Below are positions 39,009 to 49,504 of a DNA stretch of 64,000 nt, in pieces. The DNA lies in assembly GCA_963668645.2 (NCBI GenBank), contig CAXXWC010000001.1, positions 480,001 to 544,000 of the forward strand, given 5' to 3'. A program made the position numbers and the translations under genes. Position 1 is the first letter of the stretch; every line of letters begins with the position of its first letter. A model generated the notes under the pieces. It was not told the origin of the DNA. It did no database searches and saw nothing but the letters and a program-made list of their open reading frames with translations. The stretch is from Desulfobacterales bacterium. Its GTDB lineage: Bacteria; Desulfobacterota; Desulfobacteria; Desulfobacterales; UBA2174.

Positions 39009-39229
39009 GTCCAGACGGTACATGGACGGTCTTCCCGCTGCGGCTTGCGGTTTTCAGCTTGCGCTTCACTTTACGGAAACCGGCTTGGGAGCCGGTTGAA
39101 TTTCGGCCTTCCCGCCACCGACGCCGATTTCATTCACCTTTCACTCTTTTAGCCGGGCGGCGGCAGCCAGCCGGCAGCGGACCGATTTTTCGATTTCAGC
39201 GTCTACCTCATGAAAGGAGATACATCCTA

Positions 39230-39430
39230 ATGCCCGAAGGACGCGTAAAATGGTATGACGACAAGAAAGGCTACGGATTCATCGAGACCGAGAGCCAAGG
39301 GGACATTTTCTTTCACAAGAACGGCATCAAGGATCACGGCTACTTCGGCGTCCAGAAGGATGAACCGGTGAGCTTCGAAATCCGCACCACCCCCAAAGGA
39401 CTGCAGGCCGTCGATGTGTGCATGAAATAA
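39230..39430 (+). CDS. Cold-shock domain protein
   Basis: SD AAGGAG; GRVKWYDDKKGYGFI, DIFFH, KGLQAVDV. Confidence 0.93.
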   Translation: MPEGRVKWYDDKKGYGFIETESQGDIFFHKNGIKDHGYFGVQKDEPVSFEIRTTPKGLQAVDVCMK

Positions 39431-39548
39431 CCGCCCGCCTCCCCGGCACCGGCCTTGGCCCGCGGCCGGTCTCCGGCCGAGTGAGCCCCTTCGACTTCCC
39501 GCAGCGATTCTCTCGGTTTTGGCTTCCTTCGTCACGCCGACCGTCAAA

Positions 39549-39585
39549 TAAAAAGCCCGATGCGTCTCTCGAGGCGCACCGGGCT
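39549..39585 (-). terminator. Terminator downstream of the PPIase gene
   Basis: Minus strand AGCCCGGTGCGCCTC...GAGACGCATCGGGCT followed by TTTT. Confidence 0.65.
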
Positions 39586-39629
39586 GCAAGTCTCGGCCAA
39601 ATGGGAAGTATCCCCGTTGCTGAAACGGA

Positions 39630-40646
39630 TCAGAGAAACTTCTCGATCTTGGCCTTTTTGCGCAGGTTTTCCACGTATCCTTTTACCTGCTCGCTGATCT
39701 GCTGCTGCTTGAGGTGTTCGAGAATTCTCGGCTTGGCGTCCTCGAAACTTAAGGTTTCGGCGGCCTTGTGCTCGGTCACCTGGATCAGGTGATAGCCGTA
39801 TTCGGTCTCCACCACCTCGCTGATCTGGCCGGACGCCAGGGCAAAGGCGGCCTCTTCGAAGGGCTTGACCATGCGGCCGCGGCCGAAAAGACCAAGATCC
39901 CCGCCCTGTTCTTTACTCCCCGGATCTTCGCTATGGGCTTTGGCCAGAGCGGCGAAATCGCCTCCGCCCAGGACTTGCTGGCGGATATCGGCCAGGCGCT
40001 TTCGGGCCGCATCGCGCACAGCCGCTTCGGCATCCTTGTCCGCACGCACCAGGATGTGCCGCGCCCGCACCTGTTCGGGGCGCAGGAATGCGTCCTGATG
40101 GGCTTCGTAGAACGCACTCGCCTCGGCATCGGTCACCTTGACCTGCGGGATGATGCGGGCCTCGATGAGCCCCTCGATGGCCCCCTGGCGCCGCATGCGT
40201 TCGACAAGTTGGTCAAGCGATATCCCAGCGGTCCCCAGCGCCCGGTTAAAGGCCTGCGGATCCTTGAAGTTTTGACGCATGGCGGCTAACTCTTGCTGGA
40301 TCGCCGCCTCATCCACCGCAACACCCTGCTTGCGGCTGTCCTGGTAGAGCAGCTCCTCTCCGATAAGGTGATCGAGGACATCGGCGCGCATCTGGCCCAG
40401 GGCCTCATCGGGCGCCCTCTGTCCCTGGCGCGCCATATGACGCTGAATTCCGGCCACGGCCGCTTCGAGCTTGGCTTCATCTATGGTGGTGCCGTTAACG
40501 GTGGCGACGGTCTTGGGGGCATTGGGCGATTGATCCGCGGCGGGGGGCTTTTTGGCGGTTTCGGGGGTGGACTGGCTCCATGCCGGCGCGCTGTTTAAGA
40601 TCATCATCGCCAACGCCGACATTCCAAGAACACGTAAGACGCGCAT
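39630..40646 (-). CDS. Exported parvulin-type PPIase (SurA/PrsA-like)
   Basis: Signal peptide; [35 protein letters not shown]. Confidence 0.92.
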   Translation of the reverse strand: MRVLRVLGMSALAMMILNSAPAWSQSTPETAKKPPAADQSPNAPKTVATVNGTTIDEAKLEAAVAGIQRHMARQGQRAPDEALGQMRADVLDHLIGEELLYQDSRKQGVAVDEAAIQQELAAMRQNFKDPQAFNRALGTAGISLDQLVERMRRQGAIEGLIEARIIPQVKVTDAEASAFYEAHQDAFLRPEQVRARHILVRADKDAEAAVRDAARKRLADIRQQVLGGGDFAALAKAHSEDPGSKEQGGDLGLFGRGRMVKPFEEAAFALASGQISEVVETEYGYHLIQVTEHKAAETLSFEDAKPRILEHLKQQQISEQVKGYVENLRKKAKIEKFL

Positions 40647-40816
40647 ATCGATTCTCCTATTTATGTAACAAGGCCCGCCTTGAGCAGGCGGGCCGCTTCA
40701 AAACGCCATTGATGGTTTCGGGCCAGAGCCTAATTTAGAATGGCAACGACATGCAATAGAAATTGTCCCCCACTTTACCAAAGTGGCTCACGATGTTAGG
40801 ATACGAAGTATTTGCT

Positions 40817-41698
40817 ATGATTATTACCATCGGTGAAACCCTTTTCGACGAATTCCCCGAACGGCACCGCCCAGGTGGTGCACCGTTCAATTTTGCCTGT
40901 CATATAAAACGTTTCGGACTCGACACAACCCTGATCAGCCGTGTGGGAGACGATGGTGCAGGCCGGGAAATTCTGACACGCATGGCCGGCATCGGCCTTG
41001 ACACCGGAAGCGTTCAAATCGATCCGGTCCATCCCACCGGAAGGGTCCGGGTCACGTTGGACGCTTCAGGCCAGGCGCATTTCGAGATCCTGCCGGACAT
41101 GGCCTACGACCATATCGCCATGGACGATCCGGTTCAGCGACTCATGGAGGCCGATGTGCATCTGATTTACTACGGCACCCTAGCCCAGCGCACCGCAGCG
41201 GCCCGCCGCCGCATCCAGGATCTGCTGCAATGCCGGCCGGCCCGGACCGCTTCTTTTTGCGACATCAATCTGCGTCCGGGCCAGTATACCCCTGCCGTGG
41301 TGCAATCCTGCCTGGAACAAGCCGACATCCTCAAGCTCAGCGATGAGGAGCTGGCCGTGGCGGCCGCTATCTTCGATCTTGCCGGCCCCCTGCAGGGGCA
41401 AGTGGAAACATTGATGGCGCGTTTCCGGATCGAGACGGTGGCGGTCACCTGCGGTCAGCAAGGAGCGGCCATCTATCGGGGCGGCCAATGCCACCGCTGC
41501 CGGTCCCGGATCCCCGGCCGCCTGCAAGACACGGTGGGAGCCGGGGACGCGTTCAGCGCCGTGCTGGCCGCCGGGATCCGGCTCGGCTGGCCGACCGCGC
41601 GAATTCTCGACCGCGCCATCCTGTTCGCCGGGCGCATCTGTACCGTGAACGGAGCGGTCCCCGACGAGTTGAGCCTCTACCGGGGGATCGTCCGGTAA
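40817..41698 (+). CDS. PfkB family sugar kinase (fructokinase)
   Basis: IGETLFD, PGGAPFN, DINLR, DTVGAGDAF; context of the sucrose genes. Confidence 0.9.
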   Translation: MIITIGETLFDEFPERHRPGGAPFNFACHIKRFGLDTTLISRVGDDGAGREILTRMAGIGLDTGSVQIDPVHPTGRVRVTLDASGQAHFEILPDMAYDHIAMDDPVQRLMEADVHLIYYGTLAQRTAAARRRIQDLLQCRPARTASFCDINLRPGQYTPAVVQSCLEQADILKLSDEELAVAAAIFDLAGPLQGQVETLMARFRIETVAVTCGQQGAAIYRGGQCHRCRSRIPGRLQDTVGAGDAFSAVLAAGIRLGWPTARILDRAILFAGRICTVNGAVPDELSLYRGIVR

Positions 41699-41733
41699 AA
41701 CTGATCGATCAACCGATTTTCGAAAGGAACTTG

Positions 41734-43947
41734 ATGACACGAAAAACGACGGACGGCGGCGAGCCACTCTACATCCAGATGTTCAGCATTCACGGACTGG
41801 TGCGCTCCCGGCACATGGAGCTGGGCAGCGATGCGGATACCGGCGGCCAGATCAAATACGTCGTCGAGTTGGGCCAGGCCCTGAGCCGCCTGGAAGGGGT
41901 GGCCGGGGTCGATCTGTTTACCCGCCGCATTGATGATCCGGCGATTTCAAGCGACTATGCCGTCCCTGTCGAGCAGGTAAACGAGCGCTTCCGCATCGTG
42001 CGCATCCGTTGCGGCGGCGGCAAGTACATCCGCAAGGAACGGATCTGGCCGCACCTGGACGAATTCGTCGACAAGACCATCCGCTATATCCGCCGCCAGG
42101 GCCGCCTGCCCCACGTGGTGCACGGCCATTATGCCGACGCCGGCTACGTTGCGGCCCAGTTAAGCCGTTTTTTCGGCGTGCCCTTCGTGTTCACCGGCCA
42201 CAGCCTGGGCCGTGTGAAACAGGAAAAACTGCGCCGCGACGGAATGCGGCCCGAAGAGATGACGCGGCGCTATCGCATCGACCATCGCATCGCCACGGAA
42301 GAAGAAATCCTGCGCCAGGCCGATCTGGTGGTCACCAGCACCCACCAGGAGGTCGAAGACCAGTACGGTGGCTACGACCACGGAAAACGGCCGGATTTCA
42401 AGGTCATTCCGCCGGGGCTGGATGTGGATATCTTTTATCCTTACTACCACGACCTGCTGCCCGAAAGCGAACGTGACGAAGCGGCCCTCTACGCCCAGGC
42501 CTCGCTGCTCAAGGAGCTCAACCGTTTTTTCACCTACCCGGAAAAACCGCTGATCCTGGCCTTGTGCCGTCCGGACAAACGCAAGAACATCGCCGGCCTG
42601 ATTCAGGCCTACGGGGAGGATCCGGCTCTCCAGACCATGGCCAACCTGGCCGTCTTCGCCGGGATCCGCAAGGACATCAGTCAGATGGAGGACAACGAGC
42701 GTGGAGTGCTCACCGACATGCTGCTGATGATGGACAAGCACGATCTTTACGGCAAGATGGCGATTCCCAAGCGCCACGATTTCCAGAGTGAAGTGCCGGA
42801 GCTTTACCGCATCGCCGCGGCCCGGCGGGGCGTCTTCGTCAACGCGGCCCTCACCGAGCCCTTCGGCCTGACCCTGCTCGAGGCGTCGGCCGCCGGCTTG
42901 CCCATCGTGGCCACGCGCGACGGCGGGCCCCAGGACATTATGGCCAACTGCGAAAGCGGAATCCTGGTGGAACCGACCGACTCCAATGCCATCGCCGCGG
43001 CCATCCGTGCCATCATCGGCGACCAGACCGCCTGGGAGCGCTACTCGAAAAACGGGATCATGAACGTCCGCCGGCACTATACCTGGATCCGCCACGCGGA
43101 AAACTATCTCGAGGCCCTCAAACCCCTGATACGCGGCGAACGGCGCCCGGATCTGTCCCCGGCCAAAGCGACCGACGCCGTGGGCCGGCGCCTGACGCGC
43201 CTGGAGTACATCCTGGTGACGGATATCGACAACACGCTGATCGGAAAGGACAACAGCCGGCTGCCGGAGTTGGTAGAAACCCTCACCCGGCAGCACGAGC
43301 GGATCGGTTTCGCCGTGGCCACGGGCCGCCATCTCGATTCGGCGGTGGAAATCCTGGCGGCCCACCGGGTGCCGGCCCCAGACGTGATCATCGCTTCGGT
43401 GGGCAGCGAGATCTACTACGGCGCCGGGCACCAGTACAGCAACGGATGGCAAACCCATATCGCGGCACGCTGGCAGCGCGAACGTATCGTGGCGGCCCTG
43501 GCAGACTTCGATTTTTTACGCTACCAGGACGAAACGTCCCAGCACCCCTTCAAAATCAGCTACGACATGGACCCGTCCAAGAACCGGCTGCCGCTGATCC
43601 ACGAACGGCTCCAGGCCCAGAGGCTGCGCTACACCCTGATCTATTCCCACGAACAGTACCTCGACATCCTGCCCTACCGCGCCAGCAAGGGTAAGGCCAT
43701 CCGCTATCTGAGCTACAAGTGGGAGATCCCCCTGGCCCATTTTCTGGTCTGCGGCGACTCGGGCAACGACGAGGAAATGCTGCGCGGCGAGCCTCTGGCC
43801 GTCGTGGTGGGCGATCACAGCCCGGAACTCGACCGGCTGCGCGGGGCGAGGCGGATCTTTTTCGCCCCCAGCCCCTGTGCCGGCGGGATCATCGAGGGGA
43901 TACAAAAATACGATTTCATCGCCAAAGCCGGTCGCGAGGGAAAATGA
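41734..43947 (+). CDS. sps: Sucrose-phosphate synthase with HAD sucrose-phosphatase domain
   Basis: SIHGLVR...LGSDADTGGQIKY, HGHYADA, TGHSLG, RKNI, ALTEPFGLT; HAD motifs TDIDNTL and GDSGND. Confidence 0.93.
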   Translation: MTRKTTDGGEPLYIQMFSIHGLVRSRHMELGSDADTGGQIKYVVELGQALSRLEGVAGVDLFTRRIDDPAISSDYAVPVEQVNERFRIVRIRCGGGKYIRKERIWPHLDEFVDKTIRYIRRQGRLPHVVHGHYADAGYVAAQLSRFFGVPFVFTGHSLGRVKQEKLRRDGMRPEEMTRRYRIDHRIATEEEILRQADLVVTSTHQEVEDQYGGYDHGKRPDFKVIPPGLDVDIFYPYYHDLLPESERDEAALYAQASLLKELNRFFTYPEKPLILALCRPDKRKNIAGLIQAYGEDPALQTMANLAVFAGIRKDISQMEDNERGVLTDMLLMMDKHDLYGKMAIPKRHDFQSEVPELYRIAAARRGVFVNAALTEPFGLTLLEASAAGLPIVATRDGGPQDIMANCESGILVEPTDSNAIAAAIRAIIGDQTAWERYSKNGIMNVRRHYTWIRHAENYLEALKPLIRGERRPDLSPAKATDAVGRRLTRLEYILVTDIDNTLIGKDNSRLPELVETLTRQHERIGFAVATGRHLDSAVEILAAHRVPAPDVIIASVGSEIYYGAGHQYSNGWQTHIAARWQRERIVAALADFDFLRYQDETSQHPFKISYDMDPSKNRLPLIHERLQAQRLRYTLIYSHEQYLDILPYRASKGKAIRYLSYKWEIPLAHFLVCGDSGNDEEMLRGEPLAVVVGDHSPELDRLRGARRIFFAPSPCAGGIIEGIQKYDFIAKAGREGK

Positions 43948-45392
43948 CGCTTCAAAACAAGGTCCAACTGATCACCTATCCCGACAGCCTCGGCGAAAAC
44001 CTCGTCGAGCTGCACTACATGCTGCGAAAATACCTTCAAGAGGCCATCGGCGGGGTCCATATCCTGCCATTCTATCCTTCCTCGGCCGACCGCGGTTTCG
44101 CCCCTCTGACTTACGACCAGGTCGATGCGCGTTTCGGCACCTGGCAGGACGTGGAGATGATCGGCGCCGACTTCGATCTGATCGTCGATTTCATGGTCAA
44201 TCACATCAGCCGCCAATCCGACTTTTTCCAGGATTACCTGGCCAACGGGGCCGCCAGCCCCTATGCGGACATGTTTCTTTCCTTTGACAAGCTGGCCCCC
44301 GAAGGCCAGATCAGTGAGGCGGACCTGGCCCGGGTCTATACCCGCAAACCCCGACCTCCTTACGACATCATCCACCGGGCGGATGGGTCCAGGGAAAAGA
44401 TCTGGACGACCTTCGATTATGAGCAGATCGACCTGGACTGGCAGTCGCCGGTTACCCGCCGCATCATGCGCCGTTTTCTGCTGCAACTAGCGCGCACCCG
44501 GGCCAAGCTGATCCGCATGGACGCCTTTGCCTACACCACCGTCCGCATCGGAACGGACTGCTTTTTTCTCGAACCGCAGATCTGGGAACTGCTCGAATGG
44601 CTGGCCGACCTGCTCTCGCCCTTCGGGGCACAGATGCTCCCCGAGGTGCACGAGCATTACCGCTATCAGATGAAACTGGCCCAGCGCGGCTACTGGGTAT
44701 ACGACTTCGCCCTGCCCATGCTCGTACTGCACACCCTCTACCACCACACCCACACCCGGCTCCTCGAATGGCTGCGCATATGCCCGCGCCGCCAGCTTAC
44801 CACCCTGGATACCCACGACGGGATCGGGGCGGTGGACGTGGCCGATCTGATGTCCTCCGAGGAAATCGAGCGCACTGTGAGCGGACTCTACGAAAAAGGA
44901 TCCAACGTCAAACAGATCTATTCCGGTCCGGCCTACCGGAACCTGGACGTTTATCAGGTCAACTGCACCTACTATTCGGCCCTGGAAGAAAACGACGATG
45001 CCTATCTCGCGGCGCGCACCCTCCAGTTTTTCGCCCCGGGAATTCCCCAGGTCTACTACGTCGGACTGCTGGCCGGGCCCAACGACGTCGAACTGGTCGA
45101 ACGGACCATGAACGGCCGCGATATCAACCGTCACAACTACAGCCTGGAAGAAATCGCCACCGAAATACAGCGTCCCGTGGTCCAGCGGCTGCTGCACCTT
45201 ATGCGTTTTCGCAGCCAGCATCCGGCCTTCGGCGGGGATTTCAAGATTCAGCAAACACCCGAGGACCAGGTTGGACTCACCTGGACCCGCGACGGGATGC
45301 ACGCTTCGGCCAGGATCGATCTGCAGACTTATGCGGCGCGCATCGACTACACGGATCCGCAAACCGGGCAGGATTGCTCATTTGAGGTTTAA
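43944..45392 (+). CDS. GH13_18 sucrose phosphorylase
   Basis: QLITYPDSLG, VHILPF, RMDAF (nucleophile), LPEVHEH, TLDTHDGI, LDVYQVNCTYYSAL. Confidence 0.9.
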   Translation: MTLQNKVQLITYPDSLGENLVELHYMLRKYLQEAIGGVHILPFYPSSADRGFAPLTYDQVDARFGTWQDVEMIGADFDLIVDFMVNHISRQSDFFQDYLANGAASPYADMFLSFDKLAPEGQISEADLARVYTRKPRPPYDIIHRADGSREKIWTTFDYEQIDLDWQSPVTRRIMRRFLLQLARTRAKLIRMDAFAYTTVRIGTDCFFLEPQIWELLEWLADLLSPFGAQMLPEVHEHYRYQMKLAQRGYWVYDFALPMLVLHTLYHHTHTRLLEWLRICPRRQLTTLDTHDGIGAVDVADLMSSEEIERTVSGLYEKGSNVKQIYSGPAYRNLDVYQVNCTYYSALEENDDAYLAARTLQFFAPGIPQVYYVGLLAGPNDVELVERTMNGRDINRHNYSLEEIATEIQRPVVQRLLHLMRFRSQHPAFGGDFKIQQTPEDQVGLTWTRDGMHASARIDLQTYAARIDYTDPQTGQDCSFEV

Positions 45393-45601
45393 CCCACCGG
45401 ACAAGAAAGACCGCCCGGGAACGGCACCCCTTACCGGCTTTCCTTGACAGCCGAGCGGATATGTTTAGTTTCCAACAATTTAATTTTGCCGTACGGGGCA
45501 GAGTCTATTCTTCAGTGACGATCCGGTGCCCTGGCCGTGAACCGGCGGCATGCTGCCGCATCGTCCTCGGCCCAACGGCTCAACCCCAAAAGGAGTGTAT
45601 C

Positions 45602-46093
45602 ATGGAGCGTGTGGAAAACGGAGCCTATGTCAGCGTAGCCTATACCGGCACCATGCAAAACGGAGAAGTCTTTGACACCAGCAAGGATCGGAAACCGCTG
45701 GAAGTCCATATGGGGGCAGGAAGCATGATTCCGGGTTTCGAGGCTGCGTTGTTGGGTATGGCGCTCAACGAGAAGAAAACCTTTACCCTCGAGGCCGAGA
45801 AAGCTTACGGCCTGCGCGACGAAAAGCTCATGCGGGAAGTTCCCCGCAGCGCGGTTCCGGACGAACTGGTTCCTGAAATCGGCCAGCTTGTGGCCCTCCA
45901 GACACCGCAGGGGCAGCAAATCCCTGCCAAAATCACCAAAATCGACGAACAAAACATCATGCTGGATTTGAATCATCCCCTGGCCGGGGAGGCCCTGACC
46001 TTCGAAGTTGAAGTCGTGGGCATCAGCCCGAATCCGACCCAGGTTCAAGAGGGATGTGGCTGCGGCTGTGACTGCTCTTCCGGCTGCTGCTGA
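45602..46093 (+). CDS. slyD: FKBP-type PPIase (SlyD-like)
   Basis: GEVFDTS, MIPGFE, LDLNHPLAG; Cys-rich tail. Confidence 0.9.
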   Translation: MERVENGAYVSVAYTGTMQNGEVFDTSKDRKPLEVHMGAGSMIPGFEAALLGMALNEKKTFTLEAEKAYGLRDEKLMREVPRSAVPDELVPEIGQLVALQTPQGQQIPAKITKIDEQNIMLDLNHPLAGEALTFEVEVVGISPNPTQVQEGCGCGCDCSSGCC

Positions 46094-46256
46094 CCCCCCG
46101 CCGTTGCAACACTTCCGGTCCCGAATCGTTAAAGCCTACAGCCCGATCGGGACCGGAATGCCTGCCTGACGTCCCAGCCCGCAACCGGCAATATCGCGGG
46201 GCCCCAAAAACCGAACCCCGGCCCAATAACCAGGCCCGAACGGCCCTTGCCGGCGG

Positions 46257-47009
46257 TCAGACGTTAGCAGGGCTGTCTTCCAGCCGCACCAGGGTGCGCC
46301 CATCGCCCGTAAAAGGGAGCGAATAGGTGTGCACCGACACCCGCATGAGCCGTCCACCGACGATCCGAAACTCAGCAGAGTGGCCGGGGGCGGGGGCCAA
46401 GGCGGTGATCTCCGTATCTGCCTGGGGCCCCTTGTAGGCCAGAATACGCCCGCCATCACAGAGCAGGACCGCGGCGGTCGGAACCCATCTGCTAAGGGCT
46501 GCCACGCCACGGCATACCACTGCATCGAAGAGCGGCGGCGCAGCCTTGCGGGCCAGAACCTCGAGCCGGACGTGATGGGCCTCGATCCGGTCCAGCCCGA
46601 GGACCCGGATCACGTGGGAAACGAAGGAAATCTTTTTGCGCACCCCGTCTATGAGGGTCAGGTGCAGATCCGGGCGCAGGATTTTCAGCGGAATACCGGG
46701 AAATCCGGCCCCGGTGCCGAGATCCAGGATCCTGGCCCCGGCCGCAAACTGATCGGCCGCGGCCAGGCTGTCGACGAAATGCTTGAGAGCCACCTGCCTC
46801 GGATCGGTGATGGCCGTCAGGTTGACACGCCGGTTCCAGTCAAACAGTTCGACGGCCATGCGGCCCATGCGGGCGGCCTGGGCCGGATCCACAGCCACTC
46901 CAAGCCGGGCGGCGGCCGTGATGACAAGTTCCTGCCATTGGAGGTCGCCGGCGTTCAAGGCATCGCCTTGGGGACCCGAACGGCAATTTTCATCGACAGG
47001 CGCAGGCAT
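46257..47009 (-). CDS. rsmG: 16S rRNA m7G527 methyltransferase
   Basis: WNRRVNLTAI, HFVDSL, DLGTGAGFPGIPL, YKGP. Confidence 0.93.
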   Translation of the reverse strand: MPAPVDENCRSGPQGDALNAGDLQWQELVITAAARLGVAVDPAQAARMGRMAVELFDWNRRVNLTAITDPRQVALKHFVDSLAAADQFAAGARILDLGTGAGFPGIPLKILRPDLHLTLIDGVRKKISFVSHVIRVLGLDRIEAHHVRLEVLARKAAPPLFDAVVCRGVAALSRWVPTAAVLLCDGGRILAYKGPQADTEITALAPAPGHSAEFRIVGGRLMRVSVHTYSLPFTGDGRTLVRLEDSPANV

Positions 47010-48909
47010 CGGCCGAATCCGTTCCGCCGGTAACCGGCCCTTCGCTCACCGCATCGTCGAAATCCATGACGATGGTAATGTCGCTGCCGCCGCCGGTCAG
47101 GGTGCGCGCATGGGGGTAGCGGCGTTTGAAGACCTTGAGCATGGCGCCGTTCTCGCGCAAGACGGTGGCCGAAAAATGGCGATAGCCGTTTTCCTTGGCG
47201 ATCTTTTCCAGAGCCGCGAGCATATAGGAGGCCACGCCCATTCCCTGAAAATCCTCCCGCACCACGAAGGCCACCTCGGCCTTATCCTCTTCTTCCATGG
47301 CATAGGAGCCGATGGCCATGATTTCCTTGTGGCCGCGGTTTTGCACCCGCCCGATGACGGACATGTTCTTCTTGTAGTCCACGCTGGCCCATTGCTTTTG
47401 AGCCATCTCGTGGGGGAACACCTTCATCTTGTAAAAGAAGCGAAAATAGATGGTTTCTTCCTTGAGGCTGTAAAAGAAATTGCGATAGTTGAATTCGTCC
47501 GAGGGCAGCAGGGGGCGGAACTCGATGGTCTTGCCGTTTTGCAGTCTGACGTTGCTCTTGTAGTTTTCCAGAAAAATCAAGTCCTGGCGGGTGGGTGGAA
47601 GCTGATCGGCAAAGATGTAATGGTGCTTTTTGGCCACCTCGATCAACTCGTCGCGAAACCTTGGATGGGCGATCTGGGCCAGCTCCATGACCCGCTGGTA
47701 GATGCCTTTGCCGGCCAATTCGGCGATCCCGTATTCGGTGATCACGAAGTTGACGTCGCCGCGGGTAGTGGCCACGCCGGCCCCTTCGCTGAGGCTGGGC
47801 ACGATGCGCGACACCTTGCCCCCCTGGGCGGTGGACGGCAAAGCGATGATGGCAAAGCCTCCCTTGGACATGGCGCTGCCGCGCAGAAAATCGACCTGGT
47901 CGCCGATCCCGCTGTAGAACAGGTGCCCCACCGAGTCGCTGCAGACCTGACCGGTCAGATCCACCTCAAGGGCCGAGCTGATGGAAACCAAATTGTCGTT
48001 GCGGGCGATCACCGTCGGATCGTTGACGAACTCGGAGGAGCGAAAATAAAAGGATGGATTGTTGTCCACGTATCGGTAAAGCCGCTCGGATCCCATGCAC
48101 AGGGAGGCCACGACCCTCCCGGGCAGCAGGCTTTTTTTCTTGTTGGTGATCACTCCCTTTTCGAAAAGGGGCAAAAAGGCATCGGTGATCAGCTGGGTGT
48201 GGATCCCCAGGTCCTGCTTGTTGTCCAGATACTGGAGGATGGTGTAGGGCAGGTGCCCGAAGCCGATTTGCATAGTGGCGCCGTCGTCGATGAGCTGGTT
48301 GACGAAAAAACCGATACGCACGGCCACCTCGTTGTCTTTAACCTCCGGGAGGATTTCCACCAGCGGCTCTTCATGCTCGACGAAAAGATCGATGTCGTTG
48401 ACGTGAACGAAGCTGTCGCCCCAGGTGCGAGGCATGCGAGGGTTGACCTGGGCGATGACCCGCTTGGCGTTCTCCATGCCGGCGCGGGTGATGTCCACTG
48501 AAACCCCGAGGCTGCAATAGCCGAAGCGGTCCGGCGGGCTGACCTGGATCAGGGCCACATCCAGTCCGATGCGCCGCGATGCGAAAAGCTTCGGGATCTG
48601 CGATAGATAGCTGGGGATGTAATCGATCTTGCCCTCGAAAGCCGCCTTGCGCATCCGCGAACTGATGAAAAACAGCTTCAGGGCGAAGCGGCGCAGAAAA
48701 TCCGGATCGTCCACGTAGCGGGCAAAGGTCCACGAAAGCATCTGGAAGACCATGATATCCTGCAGGCTGCGGGTCTGCACCATGGTATGGATCAGGTGCT
48801 GGGGTTCGCCGCAGCCGGTACCGATAAATACCCGGCTGCCGTTCTTGATGGTGCTCACCGCCTCTTCGGCGCTGACTACCTTTTCAGGACAATGCTCCAT
48901 CAGGTCCAC
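46990..48909 (-). CDS. Acetyl-CoA hydrolase/transferase-family domain fused to a C-terminal GNAT
   Basis: SD AGGAGG + GTG; QVSPPDRFGYCSLG, NPRMPRTWG, EVDLTGQV, VTTTRG; GNAT EVAFVVREDFQGMGV. Confidence 0.9.
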   Translation of the reverse strand: MDLMEHCPEKVVSAEEAVSTIKNGSRVFIGTGCGEPQHLIHTMVQTRSLQDIMVFQMLSWTFARYVDDPDFLRRFALKLFFISSRMRKAAFEGKIDYIPSYLSQIPKLFASRRIGLDVALIQVSPPDRFGYCSLGVSVDITRAGMENAKRVIAQVNPRMPRTWGDSFVHVNDIDLFVEHEEPLVEILPEVKDNEVAVRIGFFVNQLIDDGATMQIGFGHLPYTILQYLDNKQDLGIHTQLITDAFLPLFEKGVITNKKKSLLPGRVVASLCMGSERLYRYVDNNPSFYFRSSEFVNDPTVIARNDNLVSISSALEVDLTGQVCSDSVGHLFYSGIGDQVDFLRGSAMSKGGFAIIALPSTAQGGKVSRIVPSLSEGAGVATTRGDVNFVITEYGIAELAGKGIYQRVMELAQIAHPRFRDELIEVAKKHHYIFADQLPPTRQDLIFLENYKSNVRLQNGKTIEFRPLLPSDEFNYRNFFYSLKEETIYFRFFYKMKVFPHEMAQKQWASVDYKKNMSVIGRVQNRGHKEIMAIGSYAMEEEDKAEVAFVVREDFQGMGVASYMLAALEKIAKENGYRHFSATVLRENGAMLKVFKRRYPHARTLTGGGSDITIVMDFDDAVSEGPVTGGTDSADACACR

Positions 48910-49202
48910 GCGTTTCCTCCTTGCCCTTGCGGGCTGTATAAGCTGTCGTAAATGGTGCGATCTACTTTGCCCTGAAGGACGCACGACGTCAAGACGAAGC
49001 CGTGGCAGCCAGCAATTCTGTATGCACCCGAGCGATGGACATCAAATTTTCCTAAGCTTTTCGAACATTATTTAAATCCCCTGTGCTGCCGCACGAAAAC
49101 AACTTACAGCATAAATCTGCTTCATTATAAATAGTTACAATCCGATCCGATCAAAACGGAATCCGTCCCATCGGAGGGTGACCTCCGGCCTAAAAAATCT
49201 TC

Positions 49203-49230
49203 TTGACAAATATGTCGAAGAGAGTATTTT
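49203..49230 (+). promoter_or_regulatory. Candidate fusA promoter
   Basis: TTGACA-N16-TATTTT. Confidence 0.45.
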
Positions 49231-49504
49231 TACGAGATTCGTTTAGGTCAGTCGGCCGCCATGCTGCTGGTTCGATCCGCCCCGATCCCTTCAATTTCTA
49301 TGGGATCTTCTTTTATCTGCACGCGATCCACCCTGAAAGCCGGCCTTAAATTTAACGCAAACCAAACACCGGTCAGACAATCCAGTCTTAATCAGGAACA
49401 AGACGGACCTCCGGCGGGCGTTTGGCCGTTCATCCGGAGAGCAAGGCCGCCGGCCCCGCCTTCAGGGGGCAGGCCGGAAACACCATTCAACAAGGAAAGC
49501 CGTA

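Noticed and set aside
40741..40756. Sigma54-like TGGCAA...TGCA upstream of the fructokinase
   Set aside because: GG-to-GC spacing is 9, not the required 10
46088..46130. TGA after Cys-Cys in slyD as selenocysteine
   Set aside because: No convincing SECIS-like hairpin, and readthrough adds nothing recognisable
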